A stretch of 64,000 nucleotides of DNA from Fimbriimonadia bacterium (GTDB taxonomy: Bacteria; Armatimonadota; Fimbriimonadia; Fimbriimonadales; JABRVX01). Location: contig JABRVX010000059.1 in NCBI GenBank assembly GCA_039961735.1, positions 1 to 64,000 on the forward strand, written 5' to 3'. The translations under genes and the position numbers were made by a program. Positions 18,417 through 27,500 of this stretch are shown piece by piece. The first letter of the stretch is position 1. Every line of letters starts with the position of its first letter. The notes under the pieces are model-generated. The model saw only the letters and a list, made by a program, of their open reading frames with translations, was not told the DNA's origin and did not search any database.

Positions 18417-19099
18417 CGTGGCCTGTTTACCTCAGCCTGCTGGTCTCGATCTTGGTGACGGCGTGGCTGTGTTACAGCGCCTTTTGGAGCCTCCCACGAG
18501 AAGCGCGACGCAGGGTGCGAGACAGTCTTCGTGCCGTCTCGCACGCCGTGGAGTGCCGAGCGAATCACCGCCTGGGCCGTTCCGAGGACATTGCGGCGCT
18601 GGCGCTGGCGATCGGCCACCGACTTAAGTTGTCACGTCGCAAGCTGTTACGTATCGAGATGGCGGCGTACCTTCGCGACTTCGGCCTTACCGCGATCCCA
18701 TACGCAATCATCAACACGCCACCCGAGAAACGGACGCCTGCAGAGCAGGCCACCTATGACACGCACACCGAGCGCGGCAGCGGCATGGTAGCACTGATCC
18801 CTTCTCTGCGATCAGTGTCAACGCTGGTGCGGGACCTCGATGCATGGTGGGATGGTAGCAAGTCCCCGCAATTGCCTAAGGCGATTGCGATACCGATCGA
18901 GGCTAGGATACTCGCTGCGGCCGCTGAATTCGGGGAGACTGCAGCGCAGTACGGGCAAGAAAGAGCGATCGAGCGTCTCGCCGAGAGGCGAGGGACGCAG
19001 TTCGATCCGCTGGTGGTAGACGTACTACTGGAGCTGGAGGGGCCGTTCCGTCTGGAAGAAACACCAGCGCGGACCGGGACGCATGCCGGGCGATACTGA
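18413..19099 (+). CDS. Degenerate HD-GYP-like protein lacking the HD and GYP catalytic motifs, with N-terminal TM
   Basis: Aligns by eye with the C-terminal domain of the upstream gene, but has YLRDFGL in place of LLHDVGK and WWDGSKSPQLP in place of HHERPDGKGYP. ATGA overlap with the upstream stop. Confidence 0.6.
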   Translation: MTWPVYLSLLVSILVTAWLCYSAFWSLPREARRRVRDSLRAVSHAVECRANHRLGRSEDIAALALAIGHRLKLSRRKLLRIEMAAYLRDFGLTAIPYAIINTPPEKRTPAEQATYDTHTERGSGMVALIPSLRSVSTLVRDLDAWWDGSKSPQLPKAIAIPIEARILAAAAEFGETAAQYGQERAIERLAERRGTQFDPLVVDVLLELEGPFRLEETPARTGTHAGRY

Positions 19100-20708
19100 A
19101 CCAAGACATCTCCCGCTATGGCTGCTAGCAGTCGGGGCCGGAGTACTCGCGTTTGGGCTACGGTTGCTAGGCATCGGTTGGGGGCTACCGAACGAGCTGC
19201 ACCATCAGCCTTACCACCCGGACGAGTACTTGCTGTACGTGTATGCGGTCGGCAATCTGGACCTTCCACATGGAGTGTGGAATCCGGGCTTCTACAACTA
19301 CGGATCATTGTGGTTGTACGTAATGCACCTCGTGTCGATTTTTCTGACCGGCTGGGGGCTTGCACCGGAGGGATCGGTAGCCGTCATACAGCTCGGGTGT
19401 CGTGTGGTTTCAGCCGGATTGGGTGCTGCCACGGTATCGCTGTGTTACCTAATCGGCGCGAGGGTATGGCGGCCGGCGGCGGGCATAACCGCAGCACTGC
19501 TTCTCTTGGTTGCACCAGGGCACGTGGTGCACTCTCGGTTTCACACGGTGGACGTACCGGCCACGTTCTTCGTTGCATGCGCTATGCTGCTGGCGGTGAA
19601 AGCACTGCAGGAAGAGGAGCTTCGGCGGGCAGTCCGCTTTGCGCTGTGGGGGTGCGCGATGTCGGGACTTGCGGCGGCGGTGAAGTACAACATGGCACTC
19701 GTGCTGGTGTGCCCCCTGCTCGCGCTGATGCTGCGCTCCATGCCTGGTAGGGCCAGGGCGACGTACGCCGCTTTGGGGGTGCTCTCCTGTGTGGTGGCGT
19801 TCTTGGTGACCACACCAGGCGCGATCTTCGCATCCGAGCAGTTTCTGCGTGATACGCTATTCGAGATGCGTCACGTGCAAGAGGGGCATGGGCTCGTCTT
19901 CGCCTCTACGGCGCCGGGATGGGTGTACCACCTCGGCAACATGGTCGAGGCGTTCGGGCTGGTGGTGCCCGCCATGGCATTGGTAGGGTTGGTCTTGGCA
20001 ATCAGGCTGAAGCGCTCGGCAGTCTGGTTGCTTTTAGCGTTTGCTCTTCCCTACTATGTGCTGATTGGTTCTGTCGAGGTGAAATTCTTGCGCTACGTGC
20101 TGCCGTTGGGGCCCGCGGTCTGCGTGTTCGCAGGGTGCGCGGTGGCGGCGGGCATGAGGGAGACCCTACTGGCGAGTCGTCCCGCAGTAGTAGCCGGCGC
20201 GATACTCGCTTTCGGTGCCACTTTCGGCAACAACGCCGCCGTGGTGACCGAGTTGATGCTCCGCGAGGACCCGAGGGATGCCGCGGCACGTTGGCTAGCA
20301 GTCAATGCCCAGGGAGCCTCGATCGGATTCCCCAATCCTCCATGGTACTACACCCCTCCACTCTTTCCCGAGACCGGAGCGGGTTTCGGAGAAGCCGGTG
20401 CGAGGTATCGTCTGCAGCGGATGGCCGAAGTCTCGCAATACCAGTTGCGATACTATCTGCGGGCAGATGGCGCACTGACGGAATGGGACCCACGACTGAT
20501 CACCGCGCTGCGCCCCGACTATGTGGTGTACTCGTCGTTCGAGTACGTGGACGCAGAGCGAGTGCGGCTTCCAGGTTATATGGACACACTCTCGCTGCTC
20601 AAAGAAAGGTACGAGTTGGTCGAGAGTTTCGGTTTTCGCGGGCAGATGTCGCATGACATGCAATACATTTCACCGCACATCGTGATATGGAAGCGGAAGA
20701 CACCCTAG
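19083..20708 (+). CDS. GT-C glycosyltransferase, family 39/ArnT-like, second copy
   Basis: About 11 TM helices, first-loop DE motif (YHPDEYLLYVYAVG), large C-terminal soluble domain. Confidence 0.7.
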   Translation: MPGDTEPRHLPLWLLAVGAGVLAFGLRLLGIGWGLPNELHHQPYHPDEYLLYVYAVGNLDLPHGVWNPGFYNYGSLWLYVMHLVSIFLTGWGLAPEGSVAVIQLGCRVVSAGLGAATVSLCYLIGARVWRPAAGITAALLLLVAPGHVVHSRFHTVDVPATFFVACAMLLAVKALQEEELRRAVRFALWGCAMSGLAAAVKYNMALVLVCPLLALMLRSMPGRARATYAALGVLSCVVAFLVTTPGAIFASEQFLRDTLFEMRHVQEGHGLVFASTAPGWVYHLGNMVEAFGLVVPAMALVGLVLAIRLKRSAVWLLLAFALPYYVLIGSVEVKFLRYVLPLGPAVCVFAGCAVAAGMRETLLASRPAVVAGAILAFGATFGNNAAVVTELMLREDPRDAAARWLAVNAQGASIGFPNPPWYYTPPLFPETGAGFGEAGARYRLQRMAEVSQYQLRYYLRADGALTEWDPRLITALRPDYVVYSSFEYVDAERVRLPGYMDTLSLLKERYELVESFGFRGQMSHDMQYISPHIVIWKRKTP

Positions 20709-21592
20709 AAGTTTTGAGAGACCGTTTCCTGGTGCACCTAGAACGCGAACGTAGGGCCAGCCCTCATACAGTCGCGGCCTATGCACGAGACACCCAGCGG
20801 TTCCTGTCACTGTGTCGCTCGGCGCAGATTCGGTTCGAGCGCCTGCATCATGCCGAGACGATCGAGCGGTTCTCGCATGCGCTTCGGAAAGAGAGGCTCG
20901 GGGAGGCCTCCATCGCGCGAAAGGTGTGTGCGGTTCGTGCCTTTCTGCGATTCCTCTATCGTCATGGCGACTTGGACGAGCCTCCCATGAAGAATGAGGG
21001 CGGTCGTCGGATGCACCGCCGGCTACCATCCTACCTATCGCTCGACGAGATGCGAGAGTTGCTAGCGCAACCGGACACTTCCACGCCGGTCGGCCTGCGA
21101 GACCGGTGCATGCTCGAGTTGCTGTTTGCGACCGGGCTCCGAGTCAGTGAGTTGCTAGGTCTCACGGTCGAGGACGTGACGCAGCCCGATCCGCTAATAC
21201 GTGTCACTGGTAAGAGAGGCAAGGAGCGGATCGTGCCATACGGTCGGGCTGCCGAAGCATGGCTGCAACGCTACCTGTCGGAAGGGCGTCCTCAGCTCGT
21301 CGGAAAGCGCACCATTGCGGCGTTGTTTCTCAACACGCGGGGTGCACCATTGAGCCGCTCCGGGTTGTGGCGTTTGTTGCGCGAGTATGCTCGTGCTGCG
21401 GGCATTGCCAAGCCGCTGGGACCACACTCCATGCGCCACTCGTTCGCCGTGCACTTGCTGTCCGGCGGCGCCGACCTGCGTGTGGTACAAGAGCTGCTCG
21501 GACACGCGGACATATCTACCACTCAGATCTACACCCACGTGACCAACGAGCGTCTGCGCGAAATACACCGTCGTTGTCACCCGCGAGGGTGA
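20687..21592 (+). CDS. xerD: Tyrosine recombinase XerC/XerD
   Basis: Core-binding N-terminus and catalytic R...HxxR...Y region (HSMRHSFAVHLL...LLGHADISTTQIYTHV). Confidence 0.85.
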   Translation: MEAEDTLEVLRDRFLVHLERERRASPHTVAAYARDTQRFLSLCRSAQIRFERLHHAETIERFSHALRKERLGEASIARKVCAVRAFLRFLYRHGDLDEPPMKNEGGRRMHRRLPSYLSLDEMRELLAQPDTSTPVGLRDRCMLELLFATGLRVSELLGLTVEDVTQPDPLIRVTGKRGKERIVPYGRAAEAWLQRYLSEGRPQLVGKRTIAALFLNTRGAPLSRSGLWRLLREYARAAGIAKPLGPHSMRHSFAVHLLSGGADLRVVQELLGHADISTTQIYTHVTNERLREIHRRCHPRG

Positions 21593-21770
21593 CAGTGTTC
21601 GGCTGTTTGTCACATGTGGGTCCAGGGCACCGTGGTGCATGGGACACTGCTTGAGCCGTGGCAGTATGCTGTAAGCGGTGCGTCACACTCCCGAGATGCC
21701 GACTCTGTCGAGGCGTGGGGCCGACTATCGCTCGTTCCCATGTGCAGCTGGTGCGGTCGCGGCAGGCGAG

Positions 21771-21797
21771 GTCATGCTTCGACGGGCTCAGCATAAC
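21771..21797. repeat. Copy of the dispersed palindromic element gtcatgcttcgacGggctcagcatAac, same family as the tandem array at 38855-38984
   Basis: 24/27 identity to the 38.8-kb unit. Lies in a non-coding gap between xerD and the large secreted protein gene. Confidence 0.6.
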
Positions 21798-21893
21798 GGG
21801 TGCTTCCACGGGCTCAGGAACAAGCACTACCTGTGGGCGCACGCTCCGGCGGTCTGTAGCAACACCCGGCGGGAGGCCGGAGTTATGCGTATT

Positions 21894-24458
21894 CTAGTTA
21901 GGTGGACGGCTGCGATAACGGATCTCGTAGACCACCTGTTCGCCGCCGTAGCCGCCAATTACGGCTAGGCGGTCCACCACAACCTTGGGGTCGGGGTCGG
22001 GAGCCCACACAATTGGACTGCCATCCACCAGCAGCCAAACGCCGTTGGCACGCCTGCTCAATTGTATGGACTGTGGCGAGCCCGACATGACGACCGGCTC
22101 GTCCCCTGCCTCTTGACCGAACAGCCGCATCCGCGTCACGGTGTTGGCGTATCCACCTACGAAACCGATATAGTCGTTCCCAGCGCTCATGTTCTTCGTG
22201 GTGGGAAGAAATGCACCCAATATCCCATCGCTTTTTGCCGAGATCCGGACCCAGAGATCGAACTCGACGGCTGCTAGGTCGGCGATGTAGATCGACTGCT
22301 CCTCATCACCGGAATATCGGTAGGTTCCATCCACCAACTTCCACCCATCACCGCTAAGGCGCAGCCCGGGGTCGCCGGGTCTCAGCACGGTGCAGTCCGA
22401 TACACTGGATAGGTCCTCTGGCGCACCAGTGGGCAGGGGGTCTTTGCCAGTCGGCTCGATCATCCGTGCGTAAAACACACGATAGGTCTCGTAGAGCGGA
22501 TAGCCGGTGCCACGTGACGAGAAGAAGTGAATAGAGGTACCGATCTCACGCCCACCGCGGTTCCAATACCATAGTCCCTCCCCGCGGTTCGGATAGCTGA
22601 ACTCCACCACCGTCGTGCCGTCCGGCTTCTGAGCGGCCTTCCAAGCGAGGCCTTTCGCCTCGCCCCACGTGGCACGCACGCTCACGGGGTCGCCGCGTGT
22701 TATGTTGAAACCCACGACACCGTCGCGCGAAAATACACCCAGTCCCTCGCCGTCCTGTACCACCTCCACACGCTGCCACGGGCCACGGATGGTGATCACA
22801 CCGTAGTAGGCGGATGCCGTGTGTGACTGCCTGAGATCAATTTTCATCCCACCCTTCTCGGCACTGCCGGCGAGTGGTATGTGCGCCCACTCGGAGTCGT
22901 CACCGTCCACGGTGGCCGTATAGGGATAGATGAAGGGCGCATAGGGGTAGAGCGGATAGGGATCAACGCCATCGCGCAGGCCGTCACCGTCGGTATCGGT
23001 GTTGCGTGGATTTGGAACGATATGTTGGGGCTCCGGCTTGACGAACGAGAACTGCAAGGGACAAGGCACCCACGTGCTGAGCATCACCTTGTGAAGGTCG
23101 GACATCACCCCGTCGGTCGAGACCTTGCGGGGGTCGCTGCCGAACCGCTTCTCGTCCAGCGGTAGTCTCGGATCGTTGTCGGGGATGCCGTCCATGTCCG
23201 AATCCGCCACCGTGATGGCCTCTCCGAAGTAGAAGCGAAGCCACTGCGCATCGGTAAGCGTACGGTCCCAGAAGGCAATGCCATCATAGTGCTCTCCGTG
23301 TCTGCCACTGGTGGTCCAGGTCATTTCTTGATACCTGCCATCCGGCTGCAGCTTCCTCGCGCGAGGCTCGAAGTGGTCGAAAACGATCCTGTCGTCCTCT
23401 CGGTTAGCCAGACCGAAGGAACCCATCGACTCCAATGAGTGGTGAAACTCGTGGGTGGTGAGCCAAGCGGTGTCGCCTCCGCCCAGATACTGACACCGTG
23501 AGGGGATGCCGCGTGGAAAACTGTCAATCCCCAGAGTACCACCGCCGCTGCCACGGAACTCCCACTTCTTTTCGTTCGCGTTCCAACGGCGAAGGAATGC
23601 CACTTCGATTTGACCGGCATAGGGGACTTCCTCGTAGACGGGCTGTTTGGTGTGACGATGTATGTCCGAGGTATCCACAATGTTGAACTCCCCGCCGCCG
23701 GGCGCGCGGAAGTCCTCGCCTGGATACGCTCGGCTGACAGGCCAGCCCTTATAGAAGGCATCCACGTTGTCGGGTTCGTCACCCCAACGCTGCCACCGAT
23801 CGTCCACGAAGATATGGAAATCCACCCACAGCCGCATGCCGTTGTTCACCCAGAAGAAGCGCGACGCGTGAAAGAACTCCCTGCGGATGATCTCCAGCTG
23901 CTCGTCGGTGAAGCGTGGGGGCGGCGTGGCGATCGCACCGTCCGGGCCGTGAGCGGTATCCACGGCGATCACGTTGGTCATTAGCAGAACTTTGACGGGA
24001 AGGTGAATGATGGTCTTGCGCCCCTTTGGCGCCTGCGTGGCAACAGCGAATTCCCTACGCCACGGAGGGATCGCACCCCATGCGGCTTCCTGCCCCGTGG
24101 GACGTGCTGCCGGATCGTAGATGCGATAGAAGTAGCGCGTGCCTGGTTTCAGGCCCTCGACCCTGATCTCGTGCATGGTGCGGCGTCCGGGTGCGCCTTG
24201 CACGGTGCGCACGTCCTTACTCGCCCACAGGTCCACGCGCTTGTCTGCGGGCCGCCATGCGACCGCGGAGAGGTTGCCCTCGCGAATCTGCACCCGGGTC
24301 TCGGTCGGCTGCTGTGTGAAGTACTGCAGGGTGAAGGAGTTGCGGGTGATCTCTTTGACGGGCCGCATTACGTCCAGCAGCGGCGACCCGTCGCCGACGT
24401 GCGAAATCGCTCCGGGGTCGAGCGACAACATGAGTGCTACGATGGCGAAAAGGTTCAT
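21894..24458 (-). CDS. Large secreted protein with N-terminal Fn3/purple-acid-phosphatase-N-like beta domain and an internal HEFHH (HEXXH) motif. Putative metallohydrolase.
   Basis: Signal peptide MNLFAIVALMLSL, Fn3-like segment (FTLQYFTQQPTETRVQIREG...LKPGTRYFYRI), HEFHHSLESMG motif, Asp-rich calcium-binding-like stretch DSDMDGIPDNDPR...DTDGDGLRDGVDP. Confidence 0.5.
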   Translation of the reverse strand: MNLFAIVALMLSLDPGAISHVGDGSPLLDVMRPVKEITRNSFTLQYFTQQPTETRVQIREGNLSAVAWRPADKRVDLWASKDVRTVQGAPGRRTMHEIRVEGLKPGTRYFYRIYDPAARPTGQEAAWGAIPPWRREFAVATQAPKGRKTIIHLPVKVLLMTNVIAVDTAHGPDGAIATPPPRFTDEQLEIIRREFFHASRFFWVNNGMRLWVDFHIFVDDRWQRWGDEPDNVDAFYKGWPVSRAYPGEDFRAPGGGEFNIVDTSDIHRHTKQPVYEEVPYAGQIEVAFLRRWNANEKKWEFRGSGGGTLGIDSFPRGIPSRCQYLGGGDTAWLTTHEFHHSLESMGSFGLANREDDRIVFDHFEPRARKLQPDGRYQEMTWTTSGRHGEHYDGIAFWDRTLTDAQWLRFYFGEAITVADSDMDGIPDNDPRLPLDEKRFGSDPRKVSTDGVMSDLHKVMLSTWVPCPLQFSFVKPEPQHIVPNPRNTDTDGDGLRDGVDPYPLYPYAPFIYPYTATVDGDDSEWAHIPLAGSAEKGGMKIDLRQSHTASAYYGVITIRGPWQRVEVVQDGEGLGVFSRDGVVGFNITRGDPVSVRATWGEAKGLAWKAAQKPDGTTVVEFSYPNRGEGLWYWNRGGREIGTSIHFFSSRGTGYPLYETYRVFYARMIEPTGKDPLPTGAPEDLSSVSDCTVLRPGDPGLRLSGDGWKLVDGTYRYSGDEEQSIYIADLAAVEFDLWVRISAKSDGILGAFLPTTKNMSAGNDYIGFVGGYANTVTRMRLFGQEAGDEPVVMSGSPQSIQLSRRANGVWLLVDGSPIVWAPDPDPKVVVDRLAVIGGYGGEQVVYEIRYRSRPPN

Positions 24459-24871
24459 GGTAGAACCCAGTTTCCGCGCGACATGCGACAGCCCTGCATC
24501 ACGGTCTTATCCAACTGCCCGTCGAGTGAGACTGGTCATGGGCTGGCGGACACGCCGCCCGATGGACGGGCACCCTCGCGGCGGCACTTGATCTCGTGGC
24601 TTGCGGTGACGAGTGGGGGGGCCAAACGACATGGTACGGGGCCCCGGCTTCGATTCGGCCGAGCCGGTCATTCTGGAGCGCTCGGTGGGAGGGTTCGTAC
24701 CAATCCCAAAAAGGGCGGCCCCGCATCACCAGCGGATCCTCGTCGGTGGTCCTGGCGTTGCGACACTCGACTAGGGCACGGGCCAGGGTATGGAGAACGC
24801 CTCATCCTGCACACGCGAGCCGTCCACCATCCTCTTAGGCAAACTTTTCTTGCCCTAGTCCGATTCGCTCC

Positions 24872-24900
24872 TGGCAATCAGAGCAGGTCCGTGTTATAAT
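24872..24900 (+). promoter_or_regulatory. Sigma70-like promoter TGGCAA-17bp-TATAAT
   Basis: Read directly. Lies about 230 bp upstream of nfeD in a 670-bp intergenic region. Confidence 0.5.
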
Positions 24901-24913
24901 GCCCACACGCAGC

Positions 24914-24947
24914 ACACGACGGCTGGGTAGTCGTCGTGTTTTGTTTC
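24914..24947 (+). terminator. Hairpin (acacgacgg/ctgggtag/tcgtcgtgt) followed by tttgtttc. An intrinsic-terminator-like element immediately downstream of the predicted promoter. Candidate attenuator or very short sRNA.
   Basis: 9-bp stem with one G-U pair, 8-nt loop, U-rich tail. Confidence 0.4.
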
Positions 24948-25130
24948 TGGTGTGCCGCCGCCGGACATGGTGGTGAAGTCATTTTTACCCACGTACTCTC
25001 GGTGGCCCCAGGGGAGAACCCTCTCCTTCCTAGCACAGCAGGCCCGGCCCGTGCCGGGCCGCTCTACTTTGCAACCTCGCATCCCTATCTGATGTATGAT
25101 CTTCGACGGTTTTCGACGAAGGAGCCGCAG

Positions 25131-25844
25131 ATGACGCCGATCGATCAAGTATTCGTGGCCGCCCTGATCGTCGGATCAGGGGTCCTGACGATTGCCGCGC
25201 TCGTGGGAGCGCTCGGCCACGCGATACTGGATGTGACCGGTGGTGGGCACCACGGCGACGCGGGCGCCGACGTCGGGCCCGACATGGGAGCGGCGGATGC
25301 GGGAAGCATGCACGCGGACGCCGGCACACACACCGGCGATGCGGGTGGAACCGACACTAGCGACACTGGCTACTCGCACTGGAACGGCGGGATCTCGCAG
25401 TTCGGGCTGGCGGGAGTGGCGTTGAGCTATCTCAGTCCGGTCGCACTGGCTATGAGCTTCGCGTACTTCGGACTGTTCGGTCTGGGCCTTCGCGCCATCG
25501 GGGTGTTCCCGGTGCTAGCGGTGATTCTGGCGATTCCAGCCGGATTCGCCCTCAGCCGAGGAACCGCCAAGCTGGTCGGGAAGTGCCTAGCCGCGGGCTC
25601 ACACTCGAGCCACGAACTAGTCAGCAGGCTGGTCGGTCGAATCGCCGACGTCACCACAGCCATCCCGGAGCGAGGCTTCGGCCAAGTGACCGTGTACGCG
25701 GCGGGCTCGCGAATGCAGTATCCGGCGCGGGCCGAAACGGCACTGCGCACCGGCGCAAGGGTGATGATCGAGCGGATCGAGGACGGCGTAGCGTTCGTGA
25801 CGCTCTTTGACGAAAGTTCCGAGCCGAGCCTCCTCGATGATTAG
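25131..25844 (+). CDS. NfeD-like membrane protein (YqiJ-like, OB-fold C-terminus)
   Basis: N-terminal TM, Gly/Asp/His-rich linker, two further TM helices, C-terminal beta-rich domain (QVTVYAAGSRMQYPARAE...ARVMIERIEDGVAFV). Immediately upstream of the flotillin gene, the canonical pairing. Confidence 0.65.
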   Translation: MTPIDQVFVAALIVGSGVLTIAALVGALGHAILDVTGGGHHGDAGADVGPDMGAADAGSMHADAGTHTGDAGGTDTSDTGYSHWNGGISQFGLAGVALSYLSPVALAMSFAYFGLFGLGLRAIGVFPVLAVILAIPAGFALSRGTAKLVGKCLAAGSHSSHELVSRLVGRIADVTTAIPERGFGQVTVYAAGSRMQYPARAETALRTGARVMIERIEDGVAFVTLFDESSEPSLLDD

Positions 25845-25919
25845 GCTGACGAGCCGTAAGTAGTAGACGTCGTTTTGCACGGGTTCGCCGCAGAGAGGCG
25901 GCGGAAGGAGGAAACAGAA

Positions 25920-27500
25920 GTGGAGTGGTTCGCATCGTTGCCGGTTCTGATGAAGTGGGTGGTGGGTGGCGGAGTCGCTTTCGTCTTCCTGTTCGTCACC
26001 TACTTCGTCGCAAACATCATGCTGTGGCGGAAGGTCGGTCCGAACGAGGTGCTGATCATCTCCGGATTCCGAGGCGAGTTCGCCCAAGACCCTCGAACGG
26101 GTGAGCGGAGACGGCTGGGTTACAAGATCGTACGCGGCGGCGGCAAGATGGTGTTGCCGATACTGGAACGCGCCGACATCATGTCGCTCGAGCTGATGAC
26201 CCTCGACGTGGAATCCAGCGAATTCTACACCAAGCAGGGAGTGCCGATTCAGGTGGACGGCGTGGCGCAGATCAAGGTACGCGGCGACGACGTGTCCATC
26301 CGCACCGCTGCCGAACAGTTCCTGTCGAAGAACCAGAGCGACATACGGTTCATCGCCCACCAGACAGTGGCCGGCCACTTGCGGGCGATTCTGTCCACCA
26401 TGTCGGTGGAGGAGATATACACGGAGCACGAGGCCTTCGCGCAGAAGGTACAAGAGGTTGCCGCACGCGACCTGCAACATATGGGCATGGAGGTTATCAG
26501 CTTCACGATTCGCTCCATCCGCGACTCGCAAGGCTACCTCGATGCACTTGGTAAGCCTCGCATCGCTGCCGTGAAGCGTGACGCAGCCATAGCAGAAGCT
26601 GAAGCGAGCAGAGATGCCGCCATCCGTTCCGCACAGGCGCGACAGGAAGCCGAGACCGCTCGTCTCGCTGCCGAGACCAAGGTGGCGGAATCCGAGCGTG
26701 ACTTTAAGGTGAAGCAGCAGGAGTTCGCACGTGCCGTCAACCTGGAGAAGGCGAATGCTGACCTCGCCTACGACCTGCAGCGGTTCAAGACCGCGCAGCA
26801 GGTGAAGCAGGAGGAAGTGCAGGTCAGCATCGTGGAGAAGCAGAAGCAAGTCGAGCTTCAGCAGGAGGAGATCCGGCGCAAGGAACTGGAGCTGGAGGCG
26901 CTGGTCGAGAAGCCTGCGATTGCAGAGCGCCAGCGCATCGAGCAGCTTGCAAGCGCCGAGCAGTACCGGCTGAAGACTACCGCGGAAGGCCAAGCGGAGG
27001 CGACGAAGCTGGCCGGAACGGCCGAGGCCGAGGCCAACCGTCAGCGCGGCCTCGCCCAGGCCGACGTCGTGAAGGCTCAGGGACTTGCCGAGGCGGAGAT
27101 GATCCGCGCCAAGGGCCTTGCCGAAGCGGACGCGGTGAAGGCCAAGGGAATCGCGGAAGCCGAGGCGATGGATCGCCAAGCGGCAGCATTCCGCCAGTAC
27201 AACGAGGCCGCAGTCGCCAGCATGTTCATCGAAAAGCTGCCGGAGATCGCACAAGCGGTCGCCGCGCCGCTGAGCAAGGTGGACAAGATCGTGCTGGTGG
27301 GAGGTGGAAGCGATGGCGTGGGCGCCAGCCGAATCACCTCCGAGGTGACACAAATAATGGCGCAGGTGCCGCCTGTGCTAGAAGCCATGACAGGAGTGAA
27401 GCTGGGTGAGCTGATCCAGAAGGCACCTAAACTGGGCGAGAGCGCGAATACCACTCGGCATGCATCACCACAGCAGACGGATGCGTCGCCAGCGGAGTAG
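25920..27500 (+). CDS. Flotillin/SPFH (band 7) family protein, YqiK/FloT-like
   Basis: N-terminal TM, SPFH domain, long Ala/Glu-rich coiled-coil repeats (EAEA...), C-terminal flotillin-like tail. GTG start 25920 with AAGGAGG 9 nt upstream. Confidence 0.85.
   Translation: MEWFASLPVLMKWVVGGGVAFVFLFVTYFVANIMLWRKVGPNEVLIISGFRGEFAQDPRTGERRRLGYKIVRGGGKMVLPILERADIMSLELMTLDVESSEFYTKQGVPIQVDGVAQIKVRGDDVSIRTAAEQFLSKNQSDIRFIAHQTVAGHLRAILSTMSVEEIYTEHEAFAQKVQEVAARDLQHMGMEVISFTIRSIRDSQGYLDALGKPRIAAVKRDAAIAEAEASRDAAIRSAQARQEAETARLAAETKVAESERDFKVKQQEFARAVNLEKANADLAYDLQRFKTAQQVKQEEVQVSIVEKQKQVELQQEEIRRKELELEALVEKPAIAERQRIEQLASAEQYRLKTTAEGQAEATKLAGTAEAEANRQRGLAQADVVKAQGLAEAEMIRAKGLAEADAVKAKGIAEAEAMDRQAAAFRQYNEAAVASMFIEKLPEIAQAVAAPLSKVDKIVLVGGGSDGVGASRITSEVTQIMAQVPPVLEAMTGVKLGELIQKAPKLGESANTTRHASPQQTDASPAE

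Noticed and set aside
25617-27353. 578-aa ORF on the minus strand antisense to the flotillin gene
   Set aside because: It lies fully inside a strongly supported plus-strand SPFH/flotillin CDS. Long antisense ORFs are expected in GC-rich DNA. It has low-complexity, Leu/Arg-rich composition.
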